Assembly: GCA_964016885.1 (NCBI GenBank)
Contig: OZ024755.1
Span: 4,340,001-4,404,000 of the forward strand
Direction of reading: 5' to 3'
Source of the DNA: Eledone cirrhosa
Lineage: Eukaryota
DNA length: 64,000 bases
Under the pieces are notes generated by a model. The model worked only from the letters and a program-made list of their open reading frames with translations, did no database searches and was not told where the DNA came from. This document shows, piece by piece, positions 31,096-44,400 of the stretch (position 1 is its first letter; every line of letters begins with the position of its first letter). The translations under genes and the position numbers were made by a program.

Positions 31096-32128
31096 GTTTT
31101 CAGGAAAAACCAGGAACCTATTGCAACAGATGATTAATCCAAAATGTTTCGCTGTTAAAGATAATTCTTTAGAAGACTATTCTTAGAGGAAAAAGAAATT
31201 GTTTTCTTTTTCTAACCATTACTAAAAGTCTAACGATCTAACAATAATAATAAGCTATAATGTATATAATACAAGATGCTCTGCCATAGCTTCGCGAAAT
31301 TAGTCTCGCACATGCGCAGATATTTACTTGCGCTAAATTGTTTTAAAGTTTTTTTTTATTATTATTTTTGCGTAAATTAATTATTCTAAATATATTGAAA
31401 CATTGATTTTTACCTAGCTTTATATATAAGAAGCAATATGAAAGAGTGTCTATATTTACTTGCGTCAAAAAAGCCTTTTAAAGCTTTTTTTGTTCTATTT
31501 GCGTAAATTAATTATTCTAAATATATTAAAACATTAATTCCATCTAGCTTTATTATGTTTCTATTCCTACTTGGCTACTTAAAAATATGATAAGTAATAT
31601 GGAGTGGGAACATATCTATATTTTGGTCTTATAATCAATATATATTTTGTTAAGAACGTCATTTAAAGAAAAATACTTAAATCGCTTACGAAGCGTTATC
31701 CAGATATTTGATGCACTCAGCCTTCTACAAATTTATGTGATAAATATTATCAATACGGAGAAGATTGTCCAAAATTAATTTATTAATATTATTATATTGA
31801 AAGATTAACAAAATTAACTCCAATTATTGGTTTTAAAATGTAACATCTCTTATAGAGGAGGAATATAATCGATTAAATCGATCTCGTTTGAACCAAATAT
31901 TTATTTTATCGATCCTAGATGCATGAAAGGTAAATTCGACCCCGACAGTAGTTACCTTACGCCTTAACCTTCACAATAAAAAAGAAAGAAAACGTTACGG
32001 ATTGGTAAGAAAATGAAATGGAAGATAAATTGCAAATGGACTCAAATATAAGATAAATTGTACAGGGATTCAAATGTAGGGACTTGTTTTTAAAATACAC
32101 CGTTTCGTATCTTCAAAAAATATTCAAA
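31096..32128. promoter_or_regulatory. Probable bidirectional promoter between the EEP gene and PRPF18
   Basis: Start codons are about 1 kb apart and divergent. NRF1-like CGCACATGCGCA at 31307-31318, TTCGCGAA at 31291-31298, and a diverged ~130-bp direct duplication at 31320-31550. Confidence 0.55.
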
Positions 32129-32725
32129 ATGGAGTTATTGAAGGCTGAAATTGAACGGAAAAAAAGACAATTAGATGAGAGTAAGGTGTTGGTAAGCTGG
32201 CTTTTAGTTATTTTATTTTACAAATGAACTTTTACTAAGGACCTTTGGTTTTAGGTATATAAAATGGCAAAGAAAATGAAACTGAAAGTTACCTCTATTT
32301 TCGTTTAAAATCTTTTTTTATTTTAATTATTTTTTTAATCGATAAACTAAAACATTTATTTGTGAATTCTTGTTCCTCCGATTTATTCGTAAATTTAGGG
32401 TTATTTTAGGACAATAGATGTTGAAATAAGATAACGAAAGTATCTCGTCTCATTCAACGGATTCACTTCGCATGTCTATATACACAGCATATACAAACAA
32501 ACCTCAAAAGCATGTAGAGAATTATATATGATAGTATATTATTGCCAAGTAGTTTCAGAATTAGTTCAATGTGTTTATATATTATATTAGTCTTAGGAAA
32601 AGTTAAACTTTTTAGGGAGAAAAAGATGGAAAGGCAGACATAAACACAGAACAAATATAATCAAATATATAGATGGAAACATTAACTTTTAAATCATTTT
32701 AAAAATGATTTAAAAGCCCATTTTT

Positions 32726-32801
<76 letters not shown>

Positions 32802-35800
32802 GTATCTCAAAATTGACTAAAGGGAAGATCGCAGTAAAGTAATTTAAAATAAAGAAACCTTATAGGCGTCTCACCCCAGGGCTTAAATTCTTTTCCCGTT
32901 ATGTAATTAGATTTTAAAGTAATTGGGAGATCTTAATATTTTCGATTGTATTGGGTGGTGTGGGGGTTTTCATATTGTCATGCTTCTCTGAATAATGCCT
33001 ACTTTTTTTTTTTTGTATATTTTAAAGCTTCCAGGTAAAAAATATTTCAAGCGTGGAGATTTGGTGAAACATAGTAACCAGCAGAGTTTATATAACAGAA
33101 ACAGTTATGTTGTGGAAAATTCTTCAACTAACGAAGAGGTAAGTTTTCAGTTCACCTACCTATAAATAGTTACCTGTAAATAGTTACTGTGATAACACAT
33201 TTAACAACACAGATATGGTAACCTATTTGAAGGTGTGTGGCTAAGTGGTTAGGGAGTTAGATTCACAATCATAAGGTGAGTTTGATTCCTGGGATAGGTG
33301 AGGTACCTCATTGTTGTACATATTTACTGGTTAGGGAGTTAGATTCACAATCATAAGGTGAGTTTGATTCCTGGGATAGGTGAGGTACCTCATTGTTGTA
33401 CATATTTACTGGTTAGGGAGTTAGATTCACAATCATAAGGTGAGTTTGATTCCTGGGATAGGTGAGGTACCTCATTGTTGTACATATTTACTGGTTAGGG
33501 AGTTAGATTCACAATCATAAGGTGAGTTCGATTCCCGGGCCAGGCGATGTGCTATGTCCGTGAGCAAGACACTATATTTCACGTTACTCTTTTACTCTTT
33601 CTGCCAGGAGTTGCAACTGGTAGATAATATTGCATTAAATTGTTCCAAATAAGACTGTTAGATTCGGATCCTAATTGTTTCCTACATTTTGTTTATTTTC
33701 TAATACATTTTAACATTAAATTATACTAACAGGTATGTTATTTATTAATTTAATTCTACTATTTTATTTCTCTTCTCTCTCTTTTTTTCTTATGTTAAGC
33801 TGGTAGAGAAAAAAGATGTTCCACTTTCAGAACCTGAAGAAACAAAAAAAGAAGAAATTTTACCACGGAAAGATGTAATTATATCTTCATATATATATAT
33901 ATATCATTATCATTATCAAGGTTTAATGGCCATTTACCACACTAGCATGGGTTAGACAAGTTGTCTCATTGTGAGACAAGCCAGGTCAGATGACCATGTC
34001 TTGTTCATACAGAACTGATTTTGGCTTGGTTTCTATGGCTTCCTAACACCAACCACTTTACAGTGTGTACTGGGTGCTTTTTATCGTGATGCCTACATGA
34101 CCACTTTACAGTGTGTACTGGGTGCTTTTTATCGTGATGCCTACATGACCACTTTACAGTGTGTACTGGGTGCTTTTTATCATGATGCCTACATGACCAC
34201 TTTGCAGTGTGTACTGGGTGTTTTTTATCGTGATGCCTACATGACCACTTTACAGTGAGGGCTGGGCACTTTTTGCTGTGACGCCTACACAGCCACTTTA
34301 CATATATATATAATGAATATATAGTATATAGAGCTCCTGATAGGGCATAAGACCATACGTAAGCATGGCACAGGTCCCTGGCCTGCCTGGGAGATCAGTG
34401 GCTCCACTGACTTGGTCTGTGTGGACCTGTCCAAGCCTGGAAAGTGGGTGTTAAAATAACAATGATGATGATGATATATATATATATGTAAACTTTTTCT
34501 TATTTATTTTTTGAAATACAGTAAAAAGATTTACTTTAGTTTAATTCACTATGATACGGTCTGCTGATATATTCTAAAAATATTTATTTTTCTAGTTTAA
34601 AAATGACAAGAAAAAGTAATACATTCTGTTATAATCAATACATTCTGCTATAATCAATACAGTCTGTTATAATCAATATATTTTGTTGTAATCAATATAT
34701 TCTGATAAGTTCAATATGTTCAATCACCTGATTTATTATCAATAATTTCATTTCTATTCACCTTTTTAATGCCAATGTTTTTATTGATTAATTATCTAAA
34801 CTAATATAATTAGTAATTATGCCAGACTTTATTTAATATTGATATCGCTAGGCAACATTGAAATTGTTTTGTCTATTATCTGATTTTATTTTATTTATTT
34901 TTGTATTTTATAACTTTTGTTGAATTTAAACAAATTCTCTTGAAAGGTTATCCGACGGTTACGAGACAGAGGGGAACCAATTCTTTTGTTTGGAGAAACA
35001 GAACTTGAAGCTTACCAAAGACTTAAACGTCAGGAAACTTTAGAACCTGATGTAAACAAAGTAAATACAGAAGAACTTTATTTAGATGCATTTCTTTCTC
35101 TCTCTCTTGTATTTAACCCTTTAGCATTTAAACCAGCCATATCCAGCCAGAATTCTCTCACCTTTTTCCATTTAAACCAGCCATAACCAGCTGCTCATAC
35201 TTATGTTAAGGTATTGTTCTCAAAATAAATGATATCGAAATCTCGCAGATTCAATATTATGTGAGATATTATGTAAGATAAAGTGTTTGCTGTGAAAATA
35301 CAATAGTTTGTATAGAATAATGTAAATGCTAAAGGGTTAAAAGACATCTTGATATTTTTACAAGTCTTTGTCAGTGGAGGAATGGTTATCAATCAATAGG
35401 TTACACTTCTAGCATTAATTCTTGTGACTCTGTTACCATCCAATTCTATTGTTCATCATATTCAGCAAGTTAGAGGGATTGCAGTTTATGTCATTACAAA
35501 TCTACTTGATATAAGTCTTGGTTTGTCGTCCTCTGCTACCTTTAACATTGTGTAGGCTTCCACAAAAGAACTTCTCTAACAATTTCATCTTTAACTCTCC
35601 AGAAATGTCCTGAAAATCTGACTCTACACTCTTTGATAATGTCTGATACTGGACGAACGTTCTTTTACAGTCGCTCAATCTGTTTTCTTTCCTTTTATTA
35701 TCTCGTTTAGTTTTTGCTTGTTTTTTCTTATTTTATAATTTTATTATCAGGGTCAAGGCGGTCAGAATGACTTCAAAGCTGCTTTAGATAAAGTTGATCA

Positions 35801-38800
35801 AGAATACCTTAATGAATTAATCAAAACCACAGATGGCGCTGCAAAGTCAAATGATGTTGCTTTTAAAGATGATGGAACTACATTAGAAGATATTGAGGTA
35901 ATTTATTTCTAAATAAACTTTCTTTCAAAAATAAATTAATCAGCCACCCCCATCATTTCTCAGGTTTCTCTCTGAGGTCCTCTGCCTCTACAGACTCACC
36001 CTGATAATTGATGGGTAGATCCAAAAAATATTTCAGATTATTAAAAATTGCTAGCAATTTGTATCTTCCAATCTTCCATCTATCCTCATCATCATCACCA
36101 CCACCACCATCACCACCACCACCATCACCAACACCACCATCACCACCACCACCATCACCACCACCACCACCATCACCACCACCACCATCATCATTTCATG
36201 TCCATTTACCATGCTTGCATGGGTTAGATAAGTTGTCACGTTAATGAAACAAGTTAATCCATTGACCAACATGGTCATACTGATCTGTATTTTGGCTTGG
36301 TTTCAGTGGCTGGATGCCCTTCCTAACATCGACCACTTTAATATTATTTTACTTAACTTCAAGTCTTCTACAAGTTTCAAAAATATTCAAAAATATTTCG
36401 TATATTTTCAGAAAATGAAAAAAGAACTTGGGCAGATTGACCGATATTGTGATCAAGAAATTGTTTTGCGATTCCTCAAAGTAAGGTTTACCAATATTAT
36501 TTCTAAGATAAACTATAATTAGACTAGCTGTGATTCCTCAAAGTAAGGTTTACCAATATTATTTCTAAGATAAACGGGGGATTGGCAGTATCGGTAGAGG
36601 GTCGGACGCCATGCTTTACAGCATAGTTACGTCCCTTTACGATCTGAGTTCAAATCCCGCCGAGGTTGACTTTGCCTTTCATCCTTACGGGATCGATAAA
36701 ATAAAGTACCAGTGATACACTGGGTAATTGCTGGCCTTGTGCCTAAAGTAGAAACAATTATTTCTAAGATAAACTATAACTAGACTAACTGTGATTCCTC
36801 AAAGTAAGGTTTACCAATATTGTTAAGAATTAAGAAACATGAGGGATTGAGGTTTCTTAACAGGATATTAAGAGTTAAGAAACAAAATGAATGAGCTTTC
36901 TCAGCTTTCTTTGCAAAAGGATTATTTTTTGAAATATCAAAACTAACAAATTTCTTCATTTCTTTATTCCAGTATATCTTAAAACTCTGGGGTGAGGAAT
37001 TAAACAGTCGTACTGAAGATCAAAAACGAACAATGAAAGGTAAAATGGGGAGTGCCACTCACACACAAACTGTGGCATACTTAAAACCTTTATTTCGAAA
37101 ACTCAAACAGAAAGTAAGACAAAGATTTTCTTCTACTTTTTTTTAACCTTTTGTTTCCCTTTTTCTTTCTTTAGTTCTTTCTTTCTTTCTTTCTTCTTCT
37201 TCATATATAATAATAATAATAATAATGAAATTATTGTGTACAGTGCTTAGGTGCACTACAACTCATCAAAGGTGCATGTGTAGTACATAGAATAATATAC
37301 AAATGTCAGGGAAGTGAATAGTGTATGAGTCATGATATACATGTGTGGATGTGTATGGAGGGGGAATATTAGGTGTAGTGTTGGCGAATCTCAGGAAGCA
37401 TGGAGGTTTTAAAGGATGCAGTGTCTTGACAGCTAATAACTGATGCAGGTAGTTTGTTCCATGCTTCAGCAACTCTGAGCGTGAAAAAGTGTTTCCGAAA
37501 GTCATGGTAGCTGTGCTGTTTTATGTATGGGTTAATTAAATGTAAACCTTTTCATTATCATATTTCCAGTGAAAAACACAACCTATGATTTTCAAATAAA
37601 TTACAATTTTAAGATAAATTTTACAATAAACCAATGTTGGCTTGGTATCAAAATGGTTCAAGGAATAAAATATCTTCATTTATTTATATTTCCTCTCTAA
37701 GATTATTTTGTAAGAAACAATGTATTTTACTATCAACTGTTGTTGTTTTTTGTGATAGAAAGTCGAGGAAGATATCTTGGAAAGTATGGTAGAGATTGCC
37801 AAGTTTATTATGAACCGGGATTATATAAAGGTAAGTTATTTACAGTATAATCTGTACTTACAAATTTACATGTCTTTACACCTTCAATAATCAGTCATTC
37901 TACAGCTATATATATATATACCAACTCTTTCTAAATGCTACTTGTATAGTTTCATCCTTATGGGGTCGATAAAATAATGTACCAGTAATGTACTGAAGTC
38001 GATTTAATAGACTTTCCACTCCCCCAGAATTGTTGGTCTTGTGCCTAAATCAGAAACCATTATTTGATAGATAACTAATCCATTCATCAGTTGGTTTAGT
38101 AACCAGATGCTAATTTAATTGTCAAAGGTCTTTTATCACACATCCTGTGACCGTCTCAATGACTAGTCTTGCTCTTCTGTGTCTCTTCTTTGTTTTGATC
38201 TTGTTCTATTTATTCTATAATCTATTTTATTTAATCATAATCCTGTTTATTTTCTATCTGCAGGCTAATGATGCTTATCTTGAAATGGCTATTGGTAATG
38301 CTCCCTGGCCTATTGGGGTCACTATGGTGGGTATTCATGCACGTACTGGTCGAGAAAAGATTTCTTCTCGATATGTGGCTCATGTCCTCAATGATGAAAC
38401 CCAGCGGAAATACATCCAGGTATGTTTTAACCTCTAAATTTGAATGTATTGCTTTTAACCCACTTGATACGAAACCATCTGAAACTGCCTCTGACTCCCT
38501 CATATTCAGTTATTTTAAAATATATGAGCAAGATATGCTCACATGATCTGATCTTTTTTCACAACAGGACAACTCGTCTAACCCATGCTAGCATAGGACA
38601 TAGACATTAAACGGTGATGATAAGAATGATGATGATATATACACACCAGAATGGTCATCTGCTCTGACTAGTCTCACAATAGGACAACTCATTTAACCCA
38701 TGTTAGCATGGAAAGTGGATGTTAAACCGTGATGATGATGTTTACATTTAGCTAAAAAAACTTTCATCATAATTTTATGTAAGAAACTTTCAAACTTTTA

Positions 38801-39162
38801 AAAATTATGTTCTAAACACCAGCTTAAGAATGTTGTCACCAACTTGGCTCTGGTTCTAAAATCTAACATAATTTTATATAAGAACCTTGCATTAGTAATG
38901 AAATAATTAATAATTTTAATAAAGCCCTCAAAATTCTTCATTAATTAATTGAAACAGAATGTAGACGCCTGGGTCAAAAAGTCACTTTTATATTACATCA
39001 TGTTATGCAGTCATTCTGATATTGTTTATATCATTTTTTTAACAAAATATTTTATCCAATTTTAATTTTCAGGCATTAAAACGGTTGATGACTCAGTGTC
39101 AACATTTCTTCCCAACCGATCCTTCCAGAAGTGTCAACTATGAATCAAAACATTCGGTTTAA
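32129..39162 (+). CDS. PRPF18: Pre-mRNA-splicing factor 18, 345 aa
   Basis: Exons 32129-32191, 33028-33138, 33800-33874, 34947-35060, 35751-35897, 36412-36480, 36973-37113, 37759-37830, 38264-38419 and 39073-39162. Motifs: [11 protein letters not shown] start, [17 protein letters not shown] (PRP4-like) and [33 protein letters not shown]...[19 protein letters not shown] (Prp18 domain). Confidence 0.97.
33246..33540 (+). repeat. 82-bp tandem repeat of a SINE tRNA-like head (3 full units plus one running into the SINE body)
   Basis: TGGTTAGGGAGTTAGATTCAC starts at 33246, 33328, 33410 and 33492. Confidence 0.9.
34052..34300. repeat. 48-bp subrepeat array inside a (GAT)n-tailed SINE
   Basis: ACCACTTTACAGTGTGTACTGGGTGCTTTTTATCGTGATGCCTACATG, about 5 copies. 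Confidence 0.85.
35113..35340 (+). mobile_element. piggyBac-like MITE
   Basis: Intact TIRs and TTAA flanks. Confidence 0.8.
36576..36756 (+). mobile_element. Meta-like SINE with ~18-bp target-site duplication
   Basis: ATTATTTCTAAGATAAAC at 36558-36575 and 36757-36774 flanks the SINE. Confidence 0.85.
37208..37520 (-). mobile_element. CR1-clade LINE 3' end
   Basis: Minus frame [24 protein letters not shown], (ATT)n tail; further copies at 53350-53703 and 63282-63475. Confidence 0.8.
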
Positions 39163-39450
39163 TACAGAAGGGGAAAATGAAAAATGTAAATTTAAATAAC
39201 TTGAGATAGCTTTAAAAACTACTGAAAAATCTGTTTATACATATGTACATAACCCATGGTAGTGTGGAAGATGGACATTAAACGATGATGAAATATTGTT
39301 GTGTGATGGATTCCATTAAGCAAGAAACTCTTAAGTATCAACAGAATGAATCACCAATTTCATACAAATAAATATACTCTACAATATTTATTGAGTACCT
39401 TTTCCTTCATTTGTTAAACAAAAACCTTGTCTGTATATATAAATGTATAA

Positions 39451-39482
<32 letters not shown>

Positions 39483-40169
39483 GTTTTCTCTGGACTTAAT
39501 GAACAGTTTTCTTCAGACTTACTGAACATTTTGCATGTATATATATCAACATGCAGTTCAAACTAATGAGGTCGTGTAGGTGTCACGACAAAAAAAACAC
39601 AGAATGTCCGCACTGTAATGTGGCCGTGTAGGTAAGACGGTAAAAACCTCCCAGTCCACACTGTAAATGTGGTTGGTGTTAGGAAGGGCATCCAGCCGTA
39701 GACAACCTGCCAGATAATCCTATACGAGAGAGACATGGTCACCTGACCAATCTTGCCTCAAGTGGGACAATTCCCGTCTAACCCATGCAAGTGTGGAAGA
39801 TAGACGTTAAACGATGATGATGATATCTTGTTGAAGCCTATTTATAAGTCTATAAGCAAAACATTTACAATTGAATGATTGAGATGCTACAGCTTTTGTG
39901 TTCACTTAAGAATATCCAAATACCACAAAGGAAGCTTAACATGACATGCCCCAGTGGGTCTAAACCAGGGGACATCATTATTATTGAGAAGAATGTAACT
40001 ACTAGCATACTTGAGGATAATTTTGGCATCACATCAGAAAAGTGCCCTCTTTAGATGAATGACCTTGAGAATATTAAAGCAGACTTGATTGACAGGATTA
40101 AAAGTAGAGGGATGCTTTACTAGAAAAGACTCGTCTAATCCATGCAAGCATGGAAAAGCCAACATAAAA

Positions 40170-41400
40170 CAATGATGATGAGGAAAAAGCTACTACTCCG
40201 ACCCTCTAATCTGACGCTGTGCAGCAATGTCAGTTTCGACAGCACCAGCTGGCAACAGGATAAGCTCCCAGCGAGGTCTGGGAGCCTCAGCCTCCAATCT
40301 ACTTCAGATCTTGTACTACCGGCCTACTTCACCTCAATCTCCTCTCGTTGCACCCTCATCAGCAAGACAGCCGAGCCTGGCATGGCCTCACACCCTGAGC
40401 AGGTTCTGGCCTACTGGACAGGCCAAGGCTTGTCTGTTCCTCAGTATAGATGCCCTGCTTATGGCCACCATTGGTGGTCTTCTCAGTCAGGACGAGCTCC
40501 ACATCTCCATTGTACTTCAAGTGGGATCTGATATCTGTTAGGGGTCTGAGATGTTGCTGTGGGAGGTCTCTCGACTCCACATGGTTTGTCCTTCCACCTG
40601 AATGCTGGTCGTTTTGCCTGCCATACTGTACTAAACCTGATCATTAAATGGGCCCTAGCTTGGGTATATACCCCCTCAATTCTGGAGTCAGCTGGATTAT
40701 CCAGAAGTGATGGGAAGAGACCTGATGGTCTTACCCAGTGTCCCTGGGTAAGAGGTAGGTGCCTCATCTGGGATGTCACAATCAGTGATTCATTTGCTCT
40801 CTCCCACATCATGGATGCCGCAGTAAATATAAGGGTCACTGCTTCTGTAGCAGAACGGAATAAAATCTTAAAATATCGGGATCTATCAGATAACTATTTT
40901 TTCCAGCCTGTGTCGTTGGAGACGTTCGGTGAAGTTGGGCCACTGACAGCGAAGTTCTTGTCATCGCTGGTGGCTCACCTTACTGAGGTATCAGGTGATG
41001 CCCGTGAGCAGGGGCCTTATTTGCTTTTAAAATGTGAAGGGGACAAACCAACATTTGTTGATTCTTAAAAGAGCATGTTAGTATTGCTTATGGTGTCTTT
41101 GCTGGAGCCTATCACATAAGTAAAATGTTACGCTAATTAAATTTTATATATTCAAATGAAGTTCAGATATAAAAAAAATAAGTTTAAAAAGAATTTATTA
41201 TATCAAATAAACAAAAAATAAAACATAGACGTTTGAAAAAGTGTGTGTGTGTGGGGGGGGGGGGACTTGTCCCCTGGTACCCCCCTGAAACAAGGCTCTT
41301 GCCCGTGAGAGTGCTTTGGTACTTTCAGCGCCTTAGCCTCGCCACCACCCGTAATAGTAAGACTGCGAGCGTGTTGGCTTGCCTCAAAATATTCCCGTTG
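40170..41400 (+). mobile_element. Decayed non-LTR retrotransposon with restriction-like endonuclease (CRE-like), 3' portion
   Basis: CCCG..D..HGLS zinc-knuckle remnant, GLSRSDGKRPDGLT..PW.RG..LIWDVT, FQPVSLETFG and terminal FQRLSLA...ASVL; frameshifted. Confidence 0.8.
41009..41301. mobile_element. hAT-like non-autonomous element inserted in the CRE-like LINE
   Basis: 8-bp TSD CCCGTGAG (41001-41008 and 41302-41309); imperfect TIRs CAGGGGCCTTATTT / AAACAAGGCTCTTG. Confidence 0.8.
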
Positions 41401-42440
41401 ACCCTTGTGGTGTGAATTGTGACTTGGTGTTCGTTTTTGTCTTTGACTCTCCTCCCTATCTTTCTTTCTCTCGTCCTGGTCATGTGTTTTGATCCATAAA
41501 CAATATATATCGATTTATAAATGGTGTGTTTTTTTATTTTTATATTTTGTAGAAATTGTGAACAATTTGTTAAGTTATTTATATAACTGTAAATAGAAAC
41601 AGAAATTAGCAATAGAAAATCCCACTACAAATAACTGATCGTAGTTATCTAATTGACGAAATAAACTTTGCGGAAAAACCCAGGTCTCACGCGCTTACAC
41701 ACACATACACACGTACTTACACACACGGACCCACATATACATATATATTTGTTGTCTCCTTGAACTATATATATATATAATTTCATTTCACTTTCAATTG
41801 AGTAAGGTAGTGTAATTTCGTAAATCTATTAGTGTGTATATAAATAAATATATATAAATATTTAATATAATTGAATATTTACTTCAGAAATTTGTCGAGT
41901 GCTTTGATTCAGTTATAAACATTTATATTTGTTGAATTTCCAACAAATTAAATATCCCTTCTACTTATATATAATAGAGAGAGAGAGAGATAATAAAATA
42001 TAGATATATTAGAAAGAGTCGGAACCCGACGGCTGAGCTTTTGCCGTTTCGACAACTAATTCCAGGCTAGCTAGATAGATTCAAAGAGCGTCTCACTTCC
42101 GCCAGTCACTACGTAAGCCACCGCCTACATGAACTAAATCCAGTTTTTTAAAGGAAACACACAAAATCAACATAACACATCCACCTGAGTGCCACTGGGT
42201 TTATTATCATTGAATGAACGCTTCCTTCTCTCTACTCATGGCTTATCTTGTGTAGAGTCGTATGGTGAGTTACTATTGCTACTATTACTATCTGTGTGTT
42301 GTGTTTTTGCTGTCATATGTGTCTTACTTTATTTAACTATATATATATATAGGTAGAACACTGGAAGGTAATATCCGTAGTGGTAGAGCACTCAGTCCAT
42401 GGGACGAGTTAGGTAGAAGTAGTTACACAGCAGTTAGTTC

Positions 42441-42492
42441 ACCATACCGAGAATAATTGTTTCACCTTAGCGGATCCTCAGCTCGTAATGGT
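42441..42492 (-). ncRNA. Minimal type I hammerhead ribozyme motif (one stem III mismatch)
   Basis: ACCAU-UA-CGAG-CUGAGGA-U.CC(GCUAA)GG.U-GAAA-C(AAUU)A-UU-CUCG-GU-AUGGU; palindromic AAUU loop; the element sits between two (TA)n tracts. Confidence 0.65.
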
Positions 42493-42498
42493 CATGTG

Positions 42499-42552
<54 letters not shown>

Positions 42553-43311
42553 CTTTGTGATGTGCGGCCGATTATCACACTTGGTGAATTTGTTCCTTTC
42601 TCTTGCTCTGATCGTATATTTTGGTGTGTTATATTTATGAGGTTCCTAGCAATAGTTAATTGTATTTATTAGATATGTTTATATTTTCATTTTGAAAGAA
42701 TTGGGAACAATTTGTAATGTTATTTATAGTCACTCTACTAATGTATTGAGTGCTTTACTTACTGAGGTTACCCCTGATTGAACCCGGGACTCATATCTGT
42801 GTGTGTGTTGTAACTAGAGAGTCCAGTGTTTGTTTATAGTTGTTAAGTTATCAGGTTTCCAATTAGAATGACTCATGTGTACGGTGCCCCTACCTAAGAA
42901 ACTCTACCCGGCTCCATGTGTTTGTGATAGCTATAGCAACCATATCGTCCTCTGTCTTCTTTTAATGACAATAAAATGAAAATATCTCGCTGGATACATT
43001 TCACCGCTCTCTCTATCTCTCTGACACACACGGCCGGATTTAAGGGGAGGGCAATTGTCCCGGGCCCCTACAGTAGAGGGAGCTGCAACAGCGATGACTT
43101 TAGTAATTTATTTGTGCCCACAGCTGGGCTTTTTAGTTTTAGGGTGGTTAGAATGTTTGAATTTAATACCTGTATGTATAACTTTTCAATTCCAATTAAT
43201 TGCACCAAGCTAACTTTGATATGTAAAATTAGGGGATTTGCTAAGTATTCTAATGTGCCCCGAGCCCTTCAGGGTCTAAACCCAACCCTGCTCTCTCACA
43301 CACACGATACA

Positions 43312-43342
<31 letters not shown>

Positions 43343-44349
43343 TATATATATATATATATAGTAATAATAATAAAAGCAGCGATTCTTTGCTTAAACTTTA
43401 ATCTGTTATTTTAATAAATATATATATATATATAAGTCTGTCTGTCTCTCTGTCTGTCACACTAACGCAGAAACCTAACCATTTTTAACTCTAAAGTTCA
43501 TGTATATATATATATACAAAGTGTTAAAACGATCAAATTTTAGTTTAGAACATTTATTTGCTGGCAATTGTTTCTTCCAGAGGGAAGTCTGGATTCATCG
43601 GAGCATAAGGAATGTCGAAACATGTAACTAAAATCCTAGTCATTTAGAACATTTAGGGTAGATAATTGTTATTAGTGTCAAAAGCATCATGTGGAGAGTC
43701 ACGAGTTAAAAAGATGTTCTGCTTGAAAGAACACAATTACAGGCAGCACTGGTTGGAAGTGTAATAGGTATAAGTAAAAATCACAAGCAAAAAAAAAAAC
43801 ACAGGCAAAAAAGTTATAAGCAAGGACAATTGGTGTACAATGCAGGAGTCAATACAGTCAATATATATATATATATATTTTAAAATCATTTTTGAAACTA
43901 ATGTTTCCATCTTTATATTTTATTATATTTGTTCTGTGTCCAACCTTTTCTCCCTAAAAATAATCTACCTTTTCTTCAGACCAAATATATATAAACACGT
44001 CGAGCTAATCCTGAAACTACATGGCGATTATATTATGAGGAGTGTTTGATTATTTCGACACCTCGCCATCCCCCGTAGTAATGTTGCCAGGGTGTTGGTT
44101 TGCCTTAAACGTTTCTGTTAAATTTTCTGGTGTGGTGTGATCGGTTGTCGCACTTGCTGGTGAAATGATGGTTGTTTTTGTTTCCTCTATTTTTTTTGTT
44201 GTGTTTATATTTTCATTCTGTAAAAATTATAAACAAGACGACTGTGAATAATAAAATATTGGTTTAATATATATATATATATATCGGGGGTAACCACAGT
44301 AAGTAAGGTACTCAATACAAAGCAGAGTATTAATATTTGATATAGAAAA

Positions 44350-44400
44350 GGCTTCTACAGGACTAGAACTGTTTCATTCGGGAGAAATCATCAGGAAGCC
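44350..44400 (-). ncRNA. Type I hammerhead ribozyme motif (complete core)
   Basis: GGCUUC-CUGAUGA-U.UUC(UCCC)GAA.U-GAAA-CAG(UUCUAGUC)CUG-UA-GAAGCC, with a perfect 6-bp stem I, 3-bp stems II and III, and a GUA triplet. Confidence 0.82.

Noticed and set aside
40559-41068. 169-aa ORF as a host gene
   Set aside because: Frameshifted retrotransposon endonuclease region interrupted by a MITE.
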